Shown here: piece after piece, positions 24,898-32,000 of the stretch
Layout of the letters: the number at the start of each line of letters is the position of its first letter
Position numbering within the stretch: position 1 is the first letter of the stretch
Assembly (NCBI RefSeq): GCF_000020025.1
Contig: NC_010633.1
Location: 33,941-65,940 of the forward strand
Origin: Nostoc punctiforme PCC 73102
Lineage (GTDB): Bacteria > Cyanobacteriota > Cyanobacteriia > Cyanobacteriales > Nostocaceae
Direction of reading: 5' to 3'
Length of the DNA: 32,000 nucleotides
Notes under the pieces: model-generated
What the model saw: only the letters and a program-made list of their open reading frames with translations
Databases searched by the model: none
What the model was told of the DNA's origin: nothing
Translations under genes and position numbers: made by a program

Positions 24898-25908
24898 TCA
24901 AAATCGCCTTGTTTGCAGTTTTATCGCTGGATGTTTGCAGTTCGCTACATCTATATTAATGATGTGACCGTGGCCCTTCCATCTGCTCTGATGAGTGCGA
25001 TCGCAATCTAACCCCAACTCCCAAGCCACATCCTCTAAGGGCAAGTCGCGCAGTTGTTGAGTTTGAGATTCTAACAATTGCACCCGTTTTTCTAATTGCT
25101 GTCGCTCCTTCTCGCTAGCCCTAGCCCGTTGTTCTGCCCTCTCCAATCGTTCTATCAAGAACTTGCGGTCAGCCAGTTGGTGGTTAATCGCTTGGAAGTG
25201 TTCATCTGACTGAATCCTGTCTACATAACTCCTAGCTGATTCAAACGGTGTGGGTGCTAATTGGTTATTTGTAATGACTGCGGTGAGTGGTTCACTGTTA
25301 ACCGCTTGGTAATATTCTTTGACTTTAGTGTGGGTTGCCTTACTGCCCTTGACCCCTCGTTCAATGCCCAAAGGAGCGAGTGCAGCAGCATAACTATCTT
25401 GGAGTTTGGATAACTTAATTCTTCCCTGTCCACCTCTACCGCCAAACATCGCGTCATGACTGACTCTCCCGGTTTTTTCATTCAGTGGCACGATGTAAGC
25501 GTGGATGTGTGGGGTACTTTCATCTAGGTGAAGTTCTGCCCTGACGCACTTTAACCCATAGTTTTCAACTAGCCAGTCACGAGATGCGATTGCCCACTGC
25601 TGCATCCTCTCATCAGACCACTGCCCCGAAAGAGATGGATCACCAGGGCGGAAATATTCAGGTGATGCCGAGAGAAACATTTCGGTGCATAACACCGCAT
25701 CATGCCGTGGGCGATGCTTGAGCGTAGAGATTTTTTCTTTAACTATCTCTTCGAGTGCGCGGTCGTCTTCTCCCCCAATCAACCGGACATTCTCTCTAGT
25801 TGGATCTGCGTTGGGTGTTTCTCTATTCCTGGTAACATGGTCATCACTCCCGGCAACGTTGCCGAATGTTTTTAGTTTCTCAATCCTGAGAATTGTTAGT
25901 GGCGACAT
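24898..25908 (-). CDS. MobV/Pre-family relaxase (plasmid recombination enzyme type)
   Basis: 336 aa. The N-terminus is ILRIEKLKTFGNVAGSDDHVTRN. The metal-binding motif HLDESTPHIHAYIVPL (HxDE..PHxH) is diagnostic of MOBV relaxases. A coiled-coil-like C-terminal region follows. The stop lies only a few nt from the outer end of the IS. Confidence 0.85.
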   Translation of the reverse strand: MSPLTILRIEKLKTFGNVAGSDDHVTRNRETPNADPTRENVRLIGGEDDRALEEIVKEKISTLKHRPRHDAVLCTEMFLSASPEYFRPGDPSLSGQWSDERMQQWAIASRDWLVENYGLKCVRAELHLDESTPHIHAYIVPLNEKTGRVSHDAMFGGRGGQGRIKLSKLQDSYAAALAPLGIERGVKGSKATHTKVKEYYQAVNSEPLTAVITNNQLAPTPFESARSYVDRIQSDEHFQAINHQLADRKFLIERLERAEQRARASEKERQQLEKRVQLLESQTQQLRDLPLEDVAWELGLDCDRTHQSRWKGHGHIINIDVANCKHPAIKLQTRRF

Positions 25909-25970
25909 AAAGATTTATGCTACAAATGCAGTGCAAGTGTAGTACGAAAAAACCCCTTTGGGCGAACGGC

Positions 25971-26040
25971 GGTTTCATGTCACGAGCGCAGCGAGAGATG
26001 GCGCAGCCACCCGCAGGGCATGAAACCATAGTGAGTATGT
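25971..26040. promoter_or_regulatory. candidate oriT hairpin for the MobV relaxase
   Basis: The inverted repeat GGTTTCATG (25971-25979) / CATGAAACC (26019-26027) encloses GC-rich sequence. It is followed directly by ATAGTGAGTATGT (26028-26040). From memory, this resembles the pMV158-type nick region (..TAGTGTG/TTATAC..). It lies ~60-130 bp upstream of the relaxase start. Confidence 0.35.
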
Positions 26041-26265
26041 ATGGTATCACTTCTACAAAACCCTAAAATCCACTTTTGGGGGAGAAATCGCCCTTACTGC
26101 CTGGTGCGAAAATACGCCCAAAACTACCTCTAGGGGGTATAACGACAGTCGTTTGGTACAGTAAAGGGGTACTTAGGGGTAGTTTACGGCGCATTTTGAC
26201 AGTCATCGAAATTTGGTATCAATCAATACAATGGCTCACTTATAAACTCCTATAATTCGGTAGGA

Positions 26266-26541
26266 ATGCAGGACATGGAGCAACCTAATTTGGAAGTGCT
26301 TTCGATTAAGCGCAGTCACGACAGTAGCGATGGCCAGTTGCTGCAATTTTTACGAGAGCGAGAGCGTAAAATGTCGGGCAGAGGTTTGACTAAAATTGTT
26401 TTGAGTACTTTGAGAATGTGTTGGGGGCCTTTTGTCATGAAGCGTATTGGTGCTGACAGCGACACTCTCAAGATTGCTGTGATTTACTCTATCTCACAGT
26501 TGGAATTACAGATTCGCTTGCTCAAGCAATTACTTGAGTAG
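26266..26541 (+). CDS. hypothetical 91-aa protein divergent from the MobV gene
   Basis: ATG-initiated ORF with ordinary composition and no recognisable domain. Its position, divergent from the relaxase across the hairpin region, would suit a small regulator or accessory protein. Confidence 0.4.
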   Translation: MQDMEQPNLEVLSIKRSHDSSDGQLLQFLRERERKMSGRGLTKIVLSTLRMCWGPFVMKRIGADSDTLKIAVIYSISQLELQIRLLKQLLE

Positions 26542-26739
26542 ACACTTGCTTTGATCGTGAGAGCGATTTGCAGTCTATCTCGAATGCTGGGTTGGCAAGT
26601 TGAAGTTAGGGAGAGGGATTTTTGAAGTATAAGTGCAACACAGCCGTAATATAGAAACCCCGCCCGAAATTGGGCGAAAAAGTAGCTCCAAGCTAGTGGC
26701 AACAAGGATTATAGGCTTTTTGATGAGAAATAGCAGATG

Positions 26740-26867
26740 CTTTTGGCTTAGTGCAGACTAAGCTCAGGCTTAGTCTACAACAACTTTTTTGAATGACTTA
26801 CTGAAATTACTCAAATCCTAGAATTAGTCTAGGCTTAGTCTACGACTATCCTGGACTAAGCCAAAAG
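26740..26867. repeat. iteron-like cluster built on the GCTTAGTCT / AGACTAAGC motif
   Basis: The outer 13-bp inverted pair is CTTTTGGCTTAGT (26740-26752) / ACTAAGCCAAAAG (26855-26867). Inside are two direct copies of AGGCTTAGTCTAC (26766-26778 and 26831-26843). There is also an inverted copy AGACTAAGC (26755-26763) and a partial copy TTAGTCT (~26824-26830). Confidence 0.65.
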
Positions 26868-27126
26868 AAATTGTGATTGGATATACAATTTGGTGATTTC
26901 AAGACCACTAATTGCATAGACTTAGTGGTGATTATAAATGTGTAGCTAGTGTCCACTGATAATGACCAAACCTGGGATGAGGACACTGACGGTTTGATCG
27001 ATTTAGAACTGTCATCGGAAATGAAACAGAAATACAAGCTGTTTGGTGTCGAGTAGTAGTTGAGAAAAAGCTCATTTCTTCAATTGCCTTGGACATTTCC
27101 TCTCTCCACCCCTGAACCCCCCCCGC

Positions 27127-27131
27127 AATAC
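27127..27131. repeat. left copy of the 5-bp target-site duplication (AATAC) of the Tn3-family transposon
   Basis: AATAC lies immediately outside the left inverted repeat. The identical pentamer lies immediately outside the right one (31955-31959). Confidence 0.85.
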
Positions 27132-27180
27132 GGGGTAAATATAGCGAAGCTGTCACCAGGGGCAAGATAGGCTGAAAGTA
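27132..27180. repeat. Tn3-family left terminal inverted repeat (49 bp)
   Basis: GGGGTAAATATAGCGAAGCTGTCACCAGGGGCAAGATAGGCTGAAAGTA is identical, base for base, to the reverse complement of 31906-31954. Confidence 0.93.
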
Positions 27181-27212
27181 TTGTGGAGTCTGGGTTTGAG
27201 AAAAAGAGTTGA

Positions 27213-27680
27213 TTATTGGATTTTAGCGGTTTTGACAGGCGTTTTATAAGCACAGCCACAAATTGGACAAAATCGGTGTCTCAAAGACAACACCAACTCA
27301 CCGCAATTCGCACAGTTAGCTCGAATCGGTGTACCGCAGAGATAACAAAACTTGGCTTTGATATGACTCCACATAGGGTCAACCGCCGCGCCAGGATTCC
27401 AACATTGGGGACAAAACTTAACCCCTCTAACCTGAGATACTTCCTCACCCTTGATCACAGCATCAAAATATTCTTGAGGTACGCCAAGTGCGATCGCTAA
27501 CCCTTGAAGTGTCCTACGATTAATTTTAAGCGTAAGTCCTCGCTCGATTTTCCCGACAGAGCGTCCATGTATACCAGCAGCATCCGCCAACTCAGACTGA
27601 GTTAAATTGAGTTTCTTCCTGACCCGTGACACGTAACTAGCAAGGGATTCATCGCTATTGGGAGTTTTAAAAGTATCCAT
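27213..27680 (-). CDS. XRE-family HTH protein fused to a double zinc-ribbon domain (transposon passenger)
   Basis: 155 aa. The HTH is LNLTQSELADAAGIHGRSVGKIERG. The C-terminal half has four CxxC pairs (CPQC, CYLC, CANC, CPIC) arranged as two zinc ribbons. Confidence 0.8.
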   Translation of the reverse strand: MDTFKTPNSDESLASYVSRVRKKLNLTQSELADAAGIHGRSVGKIERGLTLKINRRTLQGLAIALGVPQEYFDAVIKGEEVSQVRGVKFCPQCWNPGAAVDPMWSHIKAKFCYLCGTPIRANCANCGELVLSLRHRFCPICGCAYKTPVKTAKIQ

Positions 27681-27757
27681 AAAAAGCTCAGGGCTAACTC
27701 ATAAAAAGATATATAATTTATCAATAAAAAACCAAGCGAGAGAATACAGAAACAACC

Positions 27758-28672
27758 GTGAAATCGGCTGTAACTTTAGCCACTGTCACGACCGAATTTC
27801 TAGAGCGTCCTGGTCTAGCACCAAGTACTAGAGAAACCTATGAACTGACCCTCGGACTTTTACTGCAAAAGTATGGAAGTTGGTCAATAGAAATTATCAG
27901 TAAGCAAACATTAGTTGAGTATCTAAATAATCTCAGTCATTTAAAATACACAACACACCACAAGCATCAAGCAATATTACAAAGTTTGCTTAACTTTGCA
28001 GTAGAACAAGGGTATATAAAATCCAACCCTATCCGGGGACTAAAACAACGTCTACCTGAAAGAGAGAAAGGCGAACATAAAAGCGACGAGACAATAAGAT
28101 ATCTAACACAATCACAACTAAATATACTATATTCTGCCGTAAAAGATGACTTACGTCTAAGTACGATAGTTCATTTACTGCATCGCACAGGATGCAGAAT
28201 AGGAGAGCTTTTAGCCCTAAACATAGATTCTGTAGATATCAAGAACCAGAAATTTCAAGTATTAGGTAAAGGCAACAAACAACGCTGGTGTTTTTACAGT
28301 GATGACGCAGCCTCAATGCTTGCTAAATACTTGAAATACTCACGGCATCAAAATACGAATGCCTTGTTTACAGCACAACATCCAGTTACCCGAAAAGTAA
28401 GTAGAATCAGCTACCATACATTGCATGATTATTGGCGGGAGACAACCAATAAGTATCCACACCTTCAAGGAGTTCGCATTCACGATTTACGACATACATT
28501 TGCTACAGAACGAGTGGGGTTAATCAGTATTGAGGAATTATGCTCATTAATGGGACATGAAAGCATTCAAACAACTTTACGTTACGCTAAAGTCACCTCA
28601 CAGAAATCAGAATCAGCTGCACGTCATGCCTTGAATATACTGATTAATTCCGACCAAAAAGCTGACCTTTAG
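27758..28672 (+). CDS. tyrosine recombinase (XerC/D-like), probable cointegrate resolvase of the transposon (TnpI-like role)
   Basis: 304 aa with a GTG start. The catalytic residues are visible: R in TGCRIGELLAL, HDLRHTFA (H-x-x-R) and MGHESIQTTLRYAKV (H...Y). It lies directly upstream of, and co-oriented with, the transposase, as in Tn4430/Tn5401-type elements. Confidence 0.85.
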   Translation: MKSAVTLATVTTEFLERPGLAPSTRETYELTLGLLLQKYGSWSIEIISKQTLVEYLNNLSHLKYTTHHKHQAILQSLLNFAVEQGYIKSNPIRGLKQRLPEREKGEHKSDETIRYLTQSQLNILYSAVKDDLRLSTIVHLLHRTGCRIGELLALNIDSVDIKNQKFQVLGKGNKQRWCFYSDDAASMLAKYLKYSRHQNTNALFTAQHPVTRKVSRISYHTLHDYWRETTNKYPHLQGVRIHDLRHTFATERVGLISIEELCSLMGHESIQTTLRYAKVTSQKSESAARHALNILINSDQKADL

Positions 28673-28793
28673 GGCAATTATATAGAATCACTCAGTTCCA
28701 GTATGTTTTTCATCGAGAAACAGCATTTTATCTCAGTTAAAGATTGTTACCCCAAAGAAGATAGAATACTGTTTGGTTGAAGAGTGAGACTTA

Positions 28794-31700
28794 ATGAAAA
28801 AAACCTGGCAGCCAGAAGAATTAGTAGAGTATTGGACGCTACTCCCTCTTGAATTAGCACTACTGAATCAGAAAAACGACGAAAATCGGTTAGGTTTTGC
28901 TATATTGCTCAAGTTTTTTGAGATTTATGCCAGATTTCCTGAGAATAATCAAGAAATCTCCCAAAATGTTGTTGATTATGTTGCCAAACTTTTAGATATT
29001 TCCCCCCAAAAGTACTCTTACTACGATTGGCAAGGACGCTCCATAAAATATCATCGCGCTCAAATTAGAGAATTCTTTGGATTTCAAGAAACCAAAGTTA
29101 GTGATGCTTTTGAGTTAACTAATTGGTTAGCAGAACAAGCACTAATTTATGAGTTAAAATTTGAACAGCTAAAACTTGCAGCAGTAGCGAGACTACGGAA
29201 TTTAAAACTTGAACCACCGACAGATTCCAGATTAGAACGTATCATTCGCTCTGCTATCAGAAATTTTGAATCTAAATTTTTTCGGGACATAACTTCCCAA
29301 CTATCTAACCAATCTAAAAAGTGGATAAATGATTTTTTGAAAGAGAAAGCTTCCGATCAGGAATTAGATGATACCACACAAACAAATCATGATAAACAAC
29401 TGAATAATCCAGGAGATATCCAATTATCTCAACAGTTAGATGACACGAATAACTCAGAAATAAACACTGAAGTGACTAGATTAACATGGGCTGAATTAAA
29501 AACAGACCCAGGGAGAATTGGTGTAGAAAGTTTTCAAAAGGAAGTTGCTAAATTAGAGATTTTTGAGCAATTAGAATTACCAACAGACTTATTTAAAAAC
29601 ATCTCTACCAAAGTTCTCCAAGTCTATAAAAGTCGGGTAATTGTTGAACATCCTCGTGACTTACGCCGTCACCCAGAACATATTCGCTACACACTATTTA
29701 CAGCTTTTTGTTGGCTCAGAAGTCAAGAAGTTATAGATAATTTAGTAGAGTTACTCATTCAGATTGTCCATCGCATAGGTGTGAATGCAGAAAAACGTGT
29801 AGATAAAGAGCTTATTCAGGATTTTAAACGGGTTCATGGGAAGAATAATCTACTATACCAAATGGCAGAAGCTTCCTTGAAAACACCTGATGGCACAGTC
29901 AAGGATGTGATTTTTCCTGTAGTAAGTGAAGTGACTCTCAAGAATTTAGTGAAAGAGTATAAATCTACAGGGAATGCTTACCGTGAGAAAGTTTATACGG
30001 TGATGCGCTCTTCTTATGGTGGATATTATCGGCGAATTTTACCGTTAATTTTAAACAAGCTCGAATTTCGTTCAAATAATGAAGTTCATCGTCCAGTTAT
30101 TCAAGCGATATCTTTACTAAAAAAGTATGCTGATAGTAAACAGCGTTATTATGATGCTGGAGAAGATATACCCATTGAGGGGGTATTACGTAGTGGTTGG
30201 CAAGAAATTATATTAGAGACGGGAGCAGACGATGAAATCAAAGTTAATCGCATTAATTATGAGTTGAGCGTGCTGCAAGCATTGAGAGAAAAGCTGAGAT
30301 GCAAGGAAATATGGGTTGTAGGAGCTAATCGTTACAGAAACCCTGAAGAAGATTTACCTGCTGATTTTGAGGCGCAAAGATTAGAATATTTCCAAGCTTT
30401 GAAACAACCATCCGATGTAGAAGTCTTTATTGCTAATTTACAGCAATCTTTGGAGCAATCATTAACTTTACTGGATAAAGGAATACCTAAAAATAGTTTA
30501 GTCACACTTAAAACGACAGGCAAAAGTCGAATTTGTGTTTCTCCTCTGAATCCTCAAAATGAACCGACTAATTTGACTAGGTTGAAAACTGAAATTACTA
30601 GGCGTTGGCGCATGACTAGCCTCTTAGATATTCTGAAAGAGACTGATTTGCGAGTTAAGTTTAGCCAACACTTTCAGAGTGTATCAACACGAGAGGTTTT
30701 AGGCGAATATACTTTACAAAAACGCTTGCTACTTTGTTTATATGGTTTAGGAACGAATACTGGATTAAAGCGTTTAAGTGATGAGATTAAAGGCGACAAT
30801 TATCAAGATTTACTCCATGTTAAGCGTCATTTTATTCAGAAAGAACAATTACGTAATGCTATTGCCTGTATTGCAAATGCAATTTTTACTGCCAGAATTT
30901 CTACTATTTGGGGAGAGGGTACAACCGCCTGTGCTTCTGACTCGAAAAAGTTTGGTGCTTGGGATCAAAACTTAATGACTGAGTGGCACATCCGTTATGG
31001 TGGAAGAGGTGTGATGATTTATTGGCACGTTGAGAAGAATTCTGTTTGTATTTATTCACAGTTAAAAACTTGTTCTTCTTCTGAAGTGGCAGCCATGATT
31101 GAAGGATTATTACGCCACTGTACTGAGATGAAAGTGGAGACAAATTATGTGGATAGTCACGGTCAAAATGAAGTGGCTTTTGCTTTCTGTCATTTACTGG
31201 GTTTTCAGTTAATGCCGCGTCTTAAACGTATCAATGTTCAGAAATTATACCGTCCTTCAACTGGAAATAATGATGCTTATCCAAACTTGCAACCTATTTT
31301 AACTCGCGCTATTAATTGGGATTTAATTCGCCAACAATACGACCAAATGGTGAAGTATGCTACTGCTTTGCGTTTGGGTATGGCAGAAACTGAAGCCATC
31401 TTAAAGCGTTTTACTAGGGGTAATTTATTACACCCTACTTATCAAGCCTTGGCGGAATTGGGCAAGGCTGTAAAAACTATATTTTTATGTAAATACCTGC
31501 ATTCGGTTGAACTGCGACAAGAGATAAATGCTGGACTCAACGTGGTGGAGAACTGGAATAGTGCTAACAGTTTTATTTTTTACGGCAAGGGTGGGGAGAT
31601 TGCTACTAATCGTTTGTCTGACCAAGAATTAGCTGTGTTATCTCTGCATTTACTCCAGATATCTTTGGTATATATAAATACGTTGATGATTCAGGAGGTT

Positions 31701-31838
31701 TTGTCCCAACCACAATGGATGAAGTTGATGAAGTTGGAGGATTTGCGGGCGCTTTCGCCTTTAATTTGGGGTCACGTTAATCCCTATGGTACTTTTCGTT
31801 TGGATCTTAATGTCAGGTTGCCAATTGAGACGGGGTAA
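28794..31838 (+). CDS. tnpA: Tn3-family DDE transposase
   Basis: 1014 aa. It has a DUF4158-like N-terminus ([28 protein letters not shown]). The C-terminal DDE_Tnp_Tn3 region has the motifs [32 protein letters not shown] and [26 protein letters not shown]. Length is typical of the family. Confidence 0.95.
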   Translation: MKKTWQPEELVEYWTLLPLELALLNQKNDENRLGFAILLKFFEIYARFPENNQEISQNVVDYVAKLLDISPQKYSYYDWQGRSIKYHRAQIREFFGFQETKVSDAFELTNWLAEQALIYELKFEQLKLAAVARLRNLKLEPPTDSRLERIIRSAIRNFESKFFRDITSQLSNQSKKWINDFLKEKASDQELDDTTQTNHDKQLNNPGDIQLSQQLDDTNNSEINTEVTRLTWAELKTDPGRIGVESFQKEVAKLEIFEQLELPTDLFKNISTKVLQVYKSRVIVEHPRDLRRHPEHIRYTLFTAFCWLRSQEVIDNLVELLIQIVHRIGVNAEKRVDKELIQDFKRVHGKNNLLYQMAEASLKTPDGTVKDVIFPVVSEVTLKNLVKEYKSTGNAYREKVYTVMRSSYGGYYRRILPLILNKLEFRSNNEVHRPVIQAISLLKKYADSKQRYYDAGEDIPIEGVLRSGWQEIILETGADDEIKVNRINYELSVLQALREKLRCKEIWVVGANRYRNPEEDLPADFEAQRLEYFQALKQPSDVEVFIANLQQSLEQSLTLLDKGIPKNSLVTLKTTGKSRICVSPLNPQNEPTNLTRLKTEITRRWRMTSLLDILKETDLRVKFSQHFQSVSTREVLGEYTLQKRLLLCLYGLGTNTGLKRLSDEIKGDNYQDLLHVKRHFIQKEQLRNAIACIANAIFTARISTIWGEGTTACASDSKKFGAWDQNLMTEWHIRYGGRGVMIYWHVEKNSVCIYSQLKTCSSSEVAAMIEGLLRHCTEMKVETNYVDSHGQNEVAFAFCHLLGFQLMPRLKRINVQKLYRPSTGNNDAYPNLQPILTRAINWDLIRQQYDQMVKYATALRLGMAETEAILKRFTRGNLLHPTYQALAELGKAVKTIFLCKYLHSVELRQEINAGLNVVENWNSANSFIFYGKGGEIATNRLSDQELAVLSLHLLQISLVYINTLMIQEVLSQPQWMKLMKLEDLRALSPLIWGHVNPYGTFRLDLNVRLPIETG

Positions 31839-31905
31839 ATGTGTCTAAAAATACGCTTTGTTCGTATGTCTCTTAATCTTATAGTCTGAAAGTCATCCAC
31901 CGCAG

Positions 31906-31954
31906 TACTTTCAGCCTATCTTGCCCCTGGTGACAGCTTCGCTATATTTACCCC
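31906..31954. repeat. Tn3-family right terminal inverted repeat (49 bp)
   Basis: TACTTTCAGCCTATCTTGCCCCTGGTGACAGCTTCGCTATATTTACCCC is the exact reverse complement of 27132-27180. Confidence 0.93.
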
Positions 31955-31959
31955 AATAC
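31955..31959. repeat. right copy of the 5-bp target-site duplication (AATAC)
   Basis: AATAC lies immediately outside the right inverted repeat and matches 27127-27131. Confidence 0.85.
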
Positions 31960-32000
31960 GGAAAGTGAAAAGAGGGGTGAACTCTGAGGTGGCTTTTGTC

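Larger units (their letters stand above)
27132..31954 (+). mobile_element. complete Tn3-family transposon (4823 bp) with tyrosine-recombinase resolution module
   Basis: It has perfect 49-bp terminal inverted repeats beginning GGGG and a 5-bp direct duplication AATAC on both flanks, the hallmark of the Tn3 family. It carries a 1014-aa Tn3-type transposase preceded by a tyrosine recombinase in the same orientation, plus one divergent passenger gene. Confidence 0.93.

Noticed and set aside
26846-27165. Two minus-strand ORFs (63 and 77 aa) left of the Tn3-family transposon
   Set aside because: The 77-aa ORF starts inside the transposon's left inverted repeat and crosses the insertion junction, so it cannot be a native gene. 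The 63-aa ORF overlaps it and has no features.

Overview
Mosaic accessory DNA, most likely a plasmid or plasmid-derived island of a filamentous Nostocales-type cyanobacterium. Evidence for the host: the HIP1 octamer GCGATCGC recurs throughout (starts near 277, 2997, 6237, 9148, 9755, 10248, 12025, 12968, 13536, 23169, 24997, 27490), and there are STRR-like heptamer tracts, GC-rich short dispersed repeats, a MITE and a PEP-CTERM protein. Order of content: (1) two secreted or surface proteins and a 5'-truncated ABC substrate-binding gene; (2) a recombinase hotspot at 4.1-8.2 kb, with a 200-aa tyrosine recombinase, a displaced second copy of its last 106 bp, a stub of a third integrase, and two strongly AT-rich orphan genes, one with an HNH nuclease motif; (3) an SRPBCC gene plus zinc alcohol dehydrogenase genes, one with an in-frame internal deletion, then a MITE and a 1297-aa hybrid histidine kinase of higher GC; (4) a MobC/relaxase module facing a divergent three-gene operon that includes a ParA/TraL-like ATPase, with a hairpin-rich candidate oriT between them; (5) an IS1182-family IS; (6) a second relaxase of the MobV/Pre type, with a hairpin and an iteron-like repeat cluster; (7) a complete Tn3-family transposon with perfect 49-bp inverted repeats, a 5-bp target duplication, a tyrosine-recombinase resolvase candidate and an XRE/zinc-ribbon passenger. 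I saw no CRISPR array, tRNA, rRNA, T4SS, coupling protein or obvious replication initiator. The best candidate for something undescribed is the recombinase hotspot, where cargo appears to stack behind repeated copies of the integrase 3' end. All family names come from motif recognition by eye and memory; no searches were run. GC figures are rough hand counts.
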